Shown: positions 1-12,133 of the stretch, piece after piece
Layout: every line of letters begins with the position of its first letter
How positions within the stretch are numbered: position 1 is the first letter of the stretch
Source of the DNA: Phoronis australis
Taxonomy: Eukaryota; Animalia; Phoronida
NCBI GenBank assembly: GCA_002633005.1
Contig: NMRA01000023.1
Location: forward strand, 829,339-893,338
Direction of reading: 5' to 3'
Length of the DNA stretch: 64,000 bases
The notes under the pieces: model-generated
The model's database searches: none
The model's input: the letters and a program-made list of their open reading frames with translations, nothing else
What the model was told of the DNA's origin: nothing
Position numbers and translations under genes: made by a program

Positions 1-3000
1 ACTGATATCATTACGTGTCAAAAACTAAAGCATTAAATAATTGTCAATGCACTAATCGCTTCCGTTAAAAGATGGACTGTTACCTAATCAGCGTGAATAA
101 CCACGGTGGAAACGGGCTGTCGACCTTCTTTGGTCATGAAAGAGCCCCTGTGTGAAATGGAAATATTCGTACTGATACCAAAGCAAAGGACTATGTAAGT
201 TTACAGTGATATCAGACCTAATCAGCTCTCTGGCTGTGCACAATTATGATGACTAAGGGAGCGGCCAATAAATGGGACTTGATCACATATACGTAACGTG
301 TTAATCAGAATGAAACAGAAGACATGAACAGACGTGACGTCACAGAATCCCATTGTAGTGCACGTATCGTTAGATCCTTTTATTTCCAATACCTATAAGA
401 GTTTAATGGTTGCTTATTAATAAATATTTCATGCTGAAGCCATTAACTTGCACGCTTTCACAAAACCTTGTCCATGGCGGCATAATTGCAGCGTAGCGTG
501 TTCCTCAAAAGTGATTACCGCTATTAACTTAGAAGGGTGCTAAACCCCCATTTAGACCCGTACAAACATAGTATTTACTGCAGACAGAACACTTCAGTTG
601 ACACAACCATCGTTAACACTTAAATTTTAGACTAGTGTTGAGATTTCTCATAAAGTCTACTGAATCAGCAATCGTGACCAACGCTTTTTGGGTGACTTAA
701 TTCACTAAAACAGATGTGGGTACGTGTAGCAAAAGTTCGACTACCTCGAACAGCGTGACCCGTTTGTGACAAAGCTGGGAGTAATATGAACATAGTGCTA
801 GTGACAAAGTGAGCACGTGGTGTTAGGTAATGCAATGGGGGAAAAAGAAATAAGGTGTCGCAAGAGTACCGCCGGTGACCTTTCCGTGGAAACGCCTGCA
901 GTCTGGCCGCATGTGGTTCCATCACACGAACCGTCTATTAGGCTTGTGTACCGCTTTCCTTTCTCAGTCTGTGGGCACGGCCGGGTTTTAGCCTATATTT
1001 TATTTCGAAGCGAAATCGGAAATATTTTTGACATTTCCCGTTGTCCTTTAATATCAGAGTCGAGATTATTATCTATATTGCTCTGTTCTCGGGTACACTT
1101 TTCTCACCATCGCACTAAATGACCCCTCTATTCAAGCTACGAAAACCCGTTCTGAATTCAACTAAAAAGTCAAGATTTAGAATTCAGACTTTAGCTCAGT
1201 TGTACCTTTAATGCCGACGTATCAAGTGCGAAGTAGGATAATCCGTCCATCCACGTACAAGTACATGTGCACTCGAGTACAGACGCTTATCTAGAGTTCG
1301 TTTTATACTGAGAAGAATGGGAAATGTTAAGAATAATTTGGAGTTCGATTTCGAGTAGTAAGATGACGTCACAGGCCCAGATCCATCAAAACGAGGCATT
1401 CAGCCATTAGCGTCACCTGGAGAACATCGGGTGGCCTAAAGCCCCATCTAAAGTGTTAACATGTTTAGCAGCACGAGCCTAACGATACCCGCAAAATACG
1501 GCAGCATCACTATCTCAAGGAATCCGGCGTTCGTGAACTATGCAGGCTTAACTTACTTAGATCACCAGTAAGTAGTCTAAAGAATTGTAACAGATATTCC
1601 GAAAACCGGAAATAACTGCAAATGGCTTACTGTAGGACAACGAGTTGTGAGCTCATGTTTTGACATGGAGGTCGCTGAGAGCTGGCGTTTTGTGGCTCAT
1701 TGTTTTTTTTTTTTTTAACAACACAAAAATCACCATAGTTGAAGATTATCAGTAGTGAAATCCGAAAAGACCAAGCACATGAAATGAAACAGTTATTCAA
1801 TAATATTCCTGCTAATTCAAAATTACATTTTAAATCATCAACTATGAGAAATATACATCGTAAATCTTAATCATCACAATGAATAATTACAAAAAAGTGC
1901 TCTGGCAAAATGAGGCTCAAAAACCTATCGACACCAGTCACGAATGTTCGATAAATAGTGGCCGGCGATGTGAACAACGGGATTTTTTGGAGCTTTGACT
2001 CGATCAAAATGGCACACTTATAACCCAAGTAAACCTGGCCTTCTGTATTTTCTGAAACAGGTGGGAAATAAAGGATTCATGAGTCAGCGGCGACATCGAA
2101 ACACAATGTGGATTATTATGCGTGGTTAATTCTGTAGACACATGTAGCTGTACGTACAGTAAGACAAATACGTGCTGAAATAAACGTTATCGCCATTCTC
2201 ATAAAGCAGGGTCATTTTATTTGACGCTCTTCAGTTTAAAATTGTTTAAAACAGCAATAAATCTACCTTCCATCACGAAATCAACTTTTCATTCCAGACT
2301 TCTGATATCACTGGTCTCGTGAAATAGTTCGTGATAGTCAAATTCGGGGTGATTTCGATCAGAGCAGCCATGTTCGTTACTTTTTCAGACTACCTGACTT
2401 GTTACGGTTTGCAAAAATAGTCACATGTGAGTCCCTTGCCAGCCCAGACATCATCCAAATGAGGAACACTGAAGTTGAATCCAGTTTCATAGTCGTAAGT
2501 GGTCTAAATCAAAAGCTTTTTATTCCTTCTTTGGCCGAACGGGGGCACATTTATAAGCGCTCCCAGAGGAGCTCCATGGAACTATATTTGGGAACATTCT
2601 TTATTCATCGTGGGAGAGGATTTTTCAGAGATTTCAGATATACCCGAAATCCCTGCTGCATATAGTCAAAGCTGAATAAACCTATGAGTGACAACGTACT
2701 CCGGTCAATTATTAAGCCCTACTCCAGCACGCTCCGCAGATGTCTCATTCTACATGATAACAATTTTTTGGTATCTTGGAGAGAAAAGTAAATTGCGTGG
2801 CGTATACATATATAAACTGATTGATTTGGGACGAGGCCTAAACTTTGAGAAATATCCAATCACTACTTACCAGCAATTCCCGAGAACGTTGCAAACGTAG
2901 CGACAATTAAAACCATCACATGGCTGGCAGTCATTTGGCTGTGAGCGCAGCTGTTTCTACGTCGACCAAGAACAATCATCTGGATGGGCAACGTTAACAA

Positions 3001-3814
3001 AAATAAAACAACACTCCAGACGATAGCTCTCGTTTGTTTTGCATCAGATCAGTTATCCTATATCTTCTCCAATTGCAAACACAATCCATGTGATCTACTG
3101 ACTGCGGGTAAGCGGAGTCTTGTTTTCTGTACAAGTTGCAGACATGCCAAGCTCGGGGAAAGATCCAGATGCAAACTACATGTAATTAACGTCGAGTATT
3201 GTTTGTAATCGTAAATGTTGTCCTCATTAGCTTGCCTGCCATTTCCTGCAAAGAGCTGGCCACTAATGTATTATCGACGGACAACGAGGCAAGTCATTCT
3301 CTTTCCTCGCTGCAACGTATCTCTGTGCGACTTGAAATCAACGACGGCGCTCGGCACTGACGAAGTCTGAGGTTGAGACCAACTCGACACAAATCGGGTT
3401 TCACGGAGTGAAGAGACGCCGGCTAAACAAACTGTGATGAATGAACGTTTTTAACAGGAGATCGATAACTCGAGGAAACGCAGTGGTATAAATATATATA
3501 AACATACATACACACGTGCGAATTCACAGAATTATAAACGCATCACATGAAATTAACCTAGTCAAATGACGTGTGGAGTAGACGTGGAGACTTGTCGTAT
3601 TCGATAAAATTAAGGGTGTTTAACGTTTGGTATTGATGTTTTCTACATTGTGACTGAGACGAACTGTTCTCTGGGGGACAAGACTGTCGAGCGTTATCCA
3701 TTTTATATAAAATTTTACTCGACTTCATAGAGATGACCGTTTTCAAACACGCCCAGTTATCAAATTTAACGCATACAGATACCTCAGAGTAGCTACCTCA
3801 CTTACGACAACAAT

Positions 3815-3903
3815 ATTAGTAACAATGATTCTAATAATAGTGATAGTAATAATTATAATAATAATAGTACGGTAATAATAATAGTATCAATAATAATGAT
3901 GAC

Positions 3904-3938
<35 letters not shown>

Positions 3939-4042
3939 CGACGTTGACGATGATGACGATAATGATGATGACGATGACGATAGCGATGAAGATGATACTG
4001 ATGACGATAACGACGACGTCGACTATGATGTTGATGACGATG
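3815..4042. repeat. Compound trinucleotide microsatellite, (AAT)n grading into (GAT/GAC)n
   Basis: Directly visible taataatagt... then gatgatgat... runs; it generates the spurious poly-His and poly-Met ORFs at 3887-4084. Confidence 0.95.
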
Positions 4043-5694
4043 AATACAAAAGACGGCTTCGCATTTCTTATAGATATCCACTAAATAACTACAGGTGACC
4101 TAGTTAACGCATCATCGCATAACTCGTCTACCCGCACAAGTCGTCGCATCCTTTCGGTGGCGAAGGTAAGCCCTATACTGTAGATTCGCTCTCACCTAGA
4201 GATTCGCGTACATGTACAAGTCGCTGAAAAGTCATCCACTTGATCGCGCAATTGCGCTCAATCAAAAGGAACGCGACGTCGAAAAAAATAAAATTCTCTT
4301 AAAAATTTCCATAACTCAATCTTTATCACAAAATGTCCCCAATGAGAACCCTGACGAGCAACCTTCAGTTGAAACACATGTTGGTTTTATAATAAGGTAT
4401 AGTCGCCCGCATCCAGGAGCAGATGGATGAAGACTGAGTTCGGGGGAGCTAATGTCTTTCTTTCCATTCAAAACATACGGGCCTGTTATTCAATGATTTA
4501 CAGGACCGAGTATAAATTTGATTTATATGTATGCAGGCCCGAGACGCGTCACTTGAGTGCAGGGAGACATTTAAGAAAAAACGAAGTACGGGCTATGTAT
4601 TCCAGTGAGGCATTACCTGTTACACTTGGTAGAGTATAATTAAAAAGTTTCCGAAATTGATTTAAAAAACAATCTTGGCGACGGAAACTTGCACACTGAG
4701 GATACCTGACCTCCCTCTAAAACTTTACGGACGGATGCTCTATCCCGCCAGTACCGCATACTATCAAAATCGTCACTGGGAGCACCATCCTGAGAATGAT
4801 CGCTATAATTTAAATACAATTCAACAAAACCTGTCACGAAATGCATGTATCGCGCAAGCAGCCACCGAGACTTCCGGCCACCCAGACGATTTTCTCACGT
4901 GGCAGATCGTCGACCGACGACGGGCTGCTGCTCTACCGTGAGCACGTCGGACTAATTTTCACACAATGCCGCTCAGGCGATCCTGATGATTGAGTTCAAA
5001 CAAGTTACACGGTACATTTTTGTGGGACGTGGAATAGCGGTCACATATAAAAGATCAGAGGTTATACGTCGACGCTAATTCCGATAATATGATCGTCATT
5101 TGCGAGACGACGGAGCAGGGAACGTTGAAGTCGACCGACTAATAAAGTCGGCAGGTTATCATTGCAGGGCAGCCGGGCTATCAAACCGGTTGATATCCAA
5201 TCGGTGATCTTCAGCCTTCTTGCGATTGTGAAATCAGCCGGGAGACGGAATAATTGTAGAACTATATAGACTCTACGTTGCGACGATGTGTGTTAATGTC
5301 TAAACAATCGCTCGATATACTAACTCAGGCTGCTCCATCGAAACAGGAACCCCGATGTAAAATAGATATAGTTACCCGGAGTAAAAAACAAACTCCCGCA
5401 TCTTTAAAACAGCTCACTAGCCCGAAAATCAAGACCCTGACCGTGAAAACACTGGAAACCCGGGGATCGACAAGACACCACTCCCTCACTTTCTGTCAAA
5501 CATTGTTTGATGCAAAACAAATTTTCCTACTTTAAATAGTTCTTATATGTCGTTTTACTACAAGAGAGTTTGAGACAAATTTGGCGTACTATATTATTCT
5601 GCTGCTAAAGTACCGGTAGTCGCCTTATTGGCCAGTTTCACTTCTCCCTCAATCTTCAATCAACTGTTCTTCTTCCACGAGGTTGCGCATGGCG

Positions 5695-5820
5695 TTTTGA
5701 AGTCCGGACAACACCTGTGATCACCGGCCATTTGGTTTTGCAGTCCGGCAGCCGACTGATTTTGAAATCCGAACAAGTGGTTTTGAAGACCGAGCAAATG
5801 TTTTTGAAGTCCGACCAATT
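5695..5820. repeat. Short degenerate minisatellite, ~21-22 bp unit with TTTTGAAGTCCG core
   Basis: Core variants at ~5695, 5737, 5760, 5781 and 5802. Confidence 0.7.
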
Positions 5821-5954
5821 GTTCATTCCCATCCTTGTTTTATCCAGCTTACAATGTCCACAGACTTCCGCGGGCAACATTTTAAAGGCCTTTGGCAGGA
5901 CCTACTCAGAGCGAAGTTTGATTGTCACAGGCTACTTATGGACCAGTGGTAGTG

Positions 5955-6542
5955 CAGGCCCGTAGCCAGCATTGCGTCGTGGGGGGTGGTTCGAATACCT
6001 AGAATGATTGGCATTTGATATTTTGCAAACCTCGACAATCTAGAGTTTCCGGTAAGGAAATGGAGGCAGCTTAATTAGGGAGAAGAAAATTGGTCTACAC
6101 AAAAATGACTCTTGGGTCTTTGTTTCTGAGAGGAGACGGAATTCGTAATACCAGAAATGAGGATGCCGTGACGGTCGCTCGCAAAGAGCGGGACTCATAC
6201 TCGGATGCAATGTGGTCCCGCAAAAAGGGAACGTTCTCGCGTTACCTCCTGCCATACTTTCAAACCAGGCGTGTGATTACTCACCATTACATACCCGGAC
6301 GGAAATATTTAGCTGCAAAATGACTCGACGGATTTTTTAATATCTGGTTGTGGTCGTGCGTGTTGCTTCGAGCCCCCCGAGCACCCCTAGGTGCGCGAAT
6401 GATGTACAGTGTAGTAGCTGCAACAATTTTGTTGTTGTTGTCCATCTATATCCTATCTAACGTAGAGCTGTAGGTTGCGGCTGGACGTTTCCGCGAGAGG
6501 GAGGTTCGATCGAACCCCCAGAACCCACTGGCTACGGGCCTG
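5955..6542. mobile_element. Non-autonomous hAT-like MITE
   Basis: Perfect 15-bp TIRs CAGGCCCGTAGCCAG / CTGGCTACGGGCCTG; flanks TAGTG / CAGTG (possible 5-bp TSD with one mismatch). Confidence 0.75.
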
Positions 6543-7265
6543 CAGTGTACTGAATCGTATAGAATGTTTTGTGGCACTTCTGATGTTTGCACTAACTCGA
6601 TTTTTGTGTTTTTGGACATGGTTTCTGGCGGGACCTCTCCTGCATATTTTTCTACCATGGGTCATTCGGTGCTTGATGTGGCACGATTGTTGATTTTAAA
6701 TCAGTCTTGGCCGTCGCCGGAATATCTAATCTAGTTCAATTTCATTCCCTGGAAAGTTCCCAGTGGTTACACCCAGCGTGCAGACGCCAGCACACACCCA
6801 TTTCAGTACATACTGGGGTTTAGACTAGGTGGCCCTGCGGTCAGAGATTGGTAGCATGTTCTTCTAAGTTAATTAAATACTTTGGGAGTACCGATGTCGC
6901 AGGCAGACTTGAAGCCACGAATCTAACCTAAAATCCAATTCTCGTTGAATATTAAATGTTCCCTGTATTAAAAAAAATGAGCGACATGCGCTGCACTGAT
7001 ATCAGCAATTCAATCATGCCTAGCAATACACATGTCATTTGGTTTTTTTATGTTCTTCTATTGTCGTCTTCCAATCACCTATACTATCCGGAATGGGCTT
7101 TGATGATTCTATCAAGACATCGTTTTCTCGTCTTGTTTAAGTGTATTCGATAGTTCTGCGGTAAACCAATCGAATTCCCAAGGAATTACTCGAATTGTCC
7201 ACGAAACATTCAGACTATAAGAGTGTATAGGGTGTCCCAAAATTTTAAACAAAATAGTATACATG

Positions 7266-7972
7266 CAGTGGCGGATCTACATGTAGGATATCACAAGGGG
7301 GGGCAACATTTTGTCTGGCCGTAAGCATTTGCCCAAACCACGATTGTAGATGCGCATAGCACCGAATGGGGGGAAATTTTTCTGTTTTTACCTCTAAAAA
7401 TCAAGCGTTTTCCTTGATTACTGAAGTATTATCCAAGAAAAAAAAAACAAAAAAACACGGAGAACGTGTCAAACAGGAAAAACTGCAAGTAACAAAAACT
7501 CGAACTCACAACCTGGCGGATAGAGCGCGAGTGCGTTACCACTACACCACCACGATTTAACTACATCTCTCATACTAAGAGACCTACTTGTTTATGGTCC
7601 ACAGCGTTTGCGCGCGAAGCCTACTTCTTTTTGCGCATAGCACCGAATGGGGGGAGGTCGGGGGGGGGNNNNNNNNNNNNNNNNNNNNNNNNNNNNNNNN
7701 NNNNNNNNNNNNNNNNNNNNNNNNNNNNNNNNNNNNNNNNNNNNNNNNNNNNNNNNNNNNNNNNNNNNNNNNNNNNNNNNNNNNNNNNNNNNNNNNNNNN
7801 NNNNNNNNNNNNNNNNNNNNNNNNNNNNNNNNNNNNNNNNNNNNNNNNNNNNNNNNNNNNNNNNNNNNNNNNNNNNNNNNNNNNNNNNNNNNNNNNNNNN
7901 NNNNNNNNNNNNNNNNNNNNNNNNNNNNNNNNNNNNNNGGGCCCCTTGGGCTCCCCCCTAAATCCGCCTATG
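7266..7972. mobile_element. CAGTGGCGGAT-family MITE spanning the assembly gap
   Basis: Left end CAGTGGCGGATCTA, right end TAAATCCGCCTATG, 5-bp direct repeat ACATG on both sides (7261-7265, 7973-7977); G-rich subterminal runs. Confidence 0.7.
7669..7938. other. Assembly gap (270 N)
   Basis: N run beginning at a poly-G tract. Single Ns also occur at 18945, 52052 and 56099. Confidence 1.
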
Positions 7973-10886
7973 ACATGTAAAATATGACTGAATCCTAGAG
8001 AATGACTTCCTCTGAACAAATGACGTTTTTTGTTCCAGGAATCCCGATGTTTCGTTTGAATGACACTGCAGACATTAGAACAAAATGCCATAACTGACTC
8101 CAATTGCAAAGAAACAACAAGCAGTTTATTTTCAAACCCTGCACGACTGACTCCAGCTAGTCAACATTCCACTAAACGAGATCATCCGACATTCACCTAC
8201 TACAAGTTACTTGTATTTTCAAATCTAACACAATTTCCACTGCGGAATTAGTCAACATTTTGACGTACCAGCTTCATTGCAAAATCTTCAATACATGTAT
8301 AAGTAAGAAGCCACTGTCTTTTTCCAACTTCTACGCGCTGCAGCACAGTTTGTGATTTCAGAAACGAGGAAAAGAAAAATTCCCAATAAAACCGTATCCT
8401 GGTACTCCTACGTGCATTTTAGATTATGTTTGTTAACATTTTGTGACACCCGGTATATAACGGAATTTATTGATTTCTTGTGAAGTCGTAATTGACAATT
8501 CTGATTTTCGTCAACAATTAATATCAACGTACACGCCATAAGTGCCGTCCCAGTTGTCGCAGGTACTCGCAATTTCTACAATTAATTGCAAACTTGGGTA
8601 ATCGTGACTTCAGTTTCGGGTGAGAGCGTGGACTGGTCTTCGAACTGACTGATAATCAATGGGCCAATTCAAATAAGATCATTTTGGCTAAATTTGGATC
8701 ACAATAGTTCAGAGATGGCCAGTCAAATTCATACTAAACGTTTGGATATGGTGCTTTATTCAGTGTTCTATAAAACGCCGCTAGGAGTTGTTCTTAAAGT
8801 GTTCCAGTCTTGTTTTACGCTTGACTATAACAATAGGAGTTTTATGATTTTGGTAAAAAATCGAGCGTTGCTTGAAACCGGAAAGCGAAATGAAAACTTA
8901 GAAAACTGTAGAGGACGTTTTTTATATCTTGAACACTTGTGTCTAGTGAACAATTGCCATGCACAGGGATGGATGCCGCTGTCGCGCTCCCAATATACTT
9001 TTCTGTTTGCAAAAAAATTACTAAACAACATGGCCAAGTGTGCCAAATAATGACAGATTGGTAAAAAGTCACAAGTTAACATTTTCCGTGTTTTTACTTT
9101 CACAAATATAAACTTTACTGAGGAGAAATCCGTTGTTTTTTGATGTTTAGCTAAATAGACAACCTTGTGGATAAGGTCCCAAAGGGCTCTAAGCTTTACA
9201 TTAACACAGCCTACATGTACAATACCCGTACTATTCCTCCCAGTTCCAGCTTAATTACATATTAAGAAATAGTATTAGAGTTTGTCGTTTTATTTCCTCA
9301 AAACATGTACAAATGCATGACGATCAAACACCCGCAACAAACATGGACAACGCATAGGCCTAAGCCTGCTCCTTCACGTCAAGATTCGACGGTTTGAAGT
9401 CGCATGGATGGAAGGTCTATTGGCTTATTTGCCCAAAATGCCTTTTTCACACGCAACATTGCAACTAAATCAATAATCTACTCTTTTCAATAACATTGAA
9501 CTGCATTAGGGAGTTAGTAAATGTAAACAAAATGAGCTATATCAATAAGTCTTGATATCGGGGGTGAGTTTCGTAGCAGCTTGCAAAAGAGCGAGATATC
9601 GCGATGAATTACAAGCATCAAGCATGTGATCAGACTAGCTTTCCTAGCGAGTGTTTTGGGTCCATGGAACGCATAACAGGTACATGTACATGTACATGTA
9701 GACACGCACTGCTATTGAGTATGCAGTCTCGACAGTGGCACGTGTCAGTCTTGAAAGATCAGAAGACCTGATTTGTAAAATCCTAAAAAAGAACTGTAAT
9801 CCATGTGGGACTTGCTAAACGGGTATCTGTTAGAACTCCGACTTGAATTCTCTTCGTGCCCAACGGTACCCATCATTTTTATCGGAGTTCACTCGACGCA
9901 CCGTTCGTGCTCCATGACTGTACTGCAAAAACTTTCCACACTATCACAGATGAGAAAAGAAAATCGAAACGAGCCACTCAATATTATGGAATACAACGTA
10001 CATTTCCTTAGACTCAATTTCTGTTTCCAAGGATACTTTAGAAAATCGCCCAAACCACCACGAGTCCCGTAACCACAACTTTCGTCGGACTGGAAGCTGG
10101 TCGGCTCAGATAAGCTGAAGGGCTTTTTTATCATTCTCTTTTTAGTAACGGAAACTATATATATGTCATACAAGAGTATAAGGATGTTTGAACCTTACAT
10201 GTATATCATGGGAAATTCATAAACTTTTCATCTTTCTCGTAGCTCTGTAGTATTTCCCATTGAGTGGCACGTTTACGAATCTGGCTTCTTTTTGTTTAAA
10301 AAAAGAGGAAAAAAGGCTCTTAGCACGTTCTGATTTGAGGGAAGGTAAAAGGTGGACGTGAAGGTAAGATACACGTATGCCATTGTGACTCTGTTCTGTG
10401 ACTCACCCTGGTGTCAGATAGAACAATAAAACAATTCGTGTTTTTTCGGCTCATTTCAGGACTATTTCTTTACGACAAACTTCCAAACTAGGGCATGCGC
10501 ACTGATTTCCGCACACACGGCCATGATTCTGACTATGAATTCCTCCTCTGAGAAGCATGCCATAGATGGCGCTGTTAGTAAGATTTCGAGGACAGGAATG
10601 CGACTGTGACTATGTAGCAAGAACCAAACAAAGCGCCCCATTCTTGATAAGAAGACGTCCTACTCCCAAACTGACTACAAATAAATTTGAAACCTGCTTG
10701 TTAGATACCTACATGTATTATCAAACGCAGGACACTGATGAATAAAATACTGGCCGCGGTTATACGCATTGTTTTATTATGCACATAAAAGTCTTCATTA
10801 AGTACATGTACCCGGTGACCAGTACAACAATTTAATACTGTGTTCAGAAGACAGTGGAAGGCTTTTTTCGTTACCGTTTCACGCGA

Positions 10887-11290
10887 TTAAAAAGATGTCA
10901 GTTTATAGAGTCTCTTCAAGAATTTCTGTTTTCTTGGGCTAATTTTTAATCCAGTAACTTTGTGTCTCATAATTTTGGGGTACAGTTTTATTGTTCTGAG
11001 CACCAATCCTTGATTTGCCCCAAACATACAACACTCATGACCCGGTTTGTTTACAAGCGCCTCAAACCAGGTCTCTCTAAAAAGTTCTTGAAATGACATC
11101 AATAAAATTCAAACGTGCAAGCAAGGGAAAGTCCTCAGTCCTAGACTCAAGACTTGCAGCCTTGGATAAAATGTTACATGTAGTTGATTGCGACAACCCA
11201 CACTCGGCATGAGAAACGGCTAGGTACAATAAAGACTTCAGTCGTACTCTTGCGCTACTTATCAAGTGAAGCGTCATGTCGTCTGAGTTC
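10887..11290 (-). pseudogene. Possible decayed C-terminal fragment of a P-element/THAP9-like transposase
   Basis: Two frameshifted ORF pieces, SLLYLAVSHAECG...TCNIL and GHECC...LVLRTIKLYPKIMRH...KRLYKLTSF*, resemble from memory the LYYxAGY..C..C and H..LI..I..Y..IR..H...L.KL tail of P-type transposases; no TIRs found. Confidence 0.35.
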
Positions 11291-12133
11291 AAAGTTCATG
11301 GAGTTGGAAAATGCAACTGAATCATCTGGAAAGGCAGGATCTCTTCGGATGCCGCCAAATGTTCGAGGTCACGTGAGAGTTACGCGTTATTTGCTGAGAT
11401 CACAGAGGTGTGAGCGTAATGTTTATCTCAAAACCCGTTGTTTCCATTGCTACAAACCCATTCCGGTGAAAACAAACATTTTTGGATCTGGACCGCTTAC
11501 AATTATTAATCTCTGCTCGTTTCTTTGTCACGTAAGACATGGTTTCTGACTAGGAAACAGAACTGGTATTTAAACAATATTGAGGCTAGGCTCAAGAAAT
11601 TGTCACGTCTTGTCACTTCATGTGTCTAACGCGAGTTTGAAGCATTTCAAAATAATGATCTGCCAAATTTTCCTAACACCAGAAACTACTCTTCGTCTCA
11701 GTGAGTTGGAAGTTAGTTGAGATCAGTTTTACAGCGGTAAGCAAAAAACGCACACAAAACGGAAGTTCGTTTCAGAGACAAACACGGTTTATAGAAGCTT
11801 CGCAGGCAGTGGAAGTTCTTGCGCGTTAGTGTCGAACATGTGGGTTCATCTGGATACATGCCGATCAACTATCGCCTCTGAAAGAACATGTAAACCTCAT
11901 CGCATTACATCTAGGCATATAGCTTTACAACAACATTTTTTTCCAAACTGCGGACACGCTTCTGCGTTTTTGCATAAGGCGTTGCAGCTGAATTATCCTT
12001 AGTTACGACTTTTCGATAGTTCTTGTTTGCTCAGGGGATGCAAATGGAAATCACTGCGTGAGTATACCTGTGTCAACAACCAGGAGAACAAAATAATATT
12101 AACAGCAGTCCATGCGGAAAAGTCACGTGATGT

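Noticed and set aside
3887-4084. Poly-His and poly-Met ORFs
   Set aside because: Translations of a (GAT)n microsatellite.
7588-8109. Long ORFs of 104-162 aa
   Set aside because: Open only because they run through the 270-N gap.
9992-10114. Minus-strand exon candidate (SLSEPTSFQSDESCGYG...) as a continuation of the PDZ gene
   Set aside because: Phase fits, but the acceptor lacks a pyrimidine tract, there is no ZM/LIM similarity, and a better terminal exon exists at 12221-12134.
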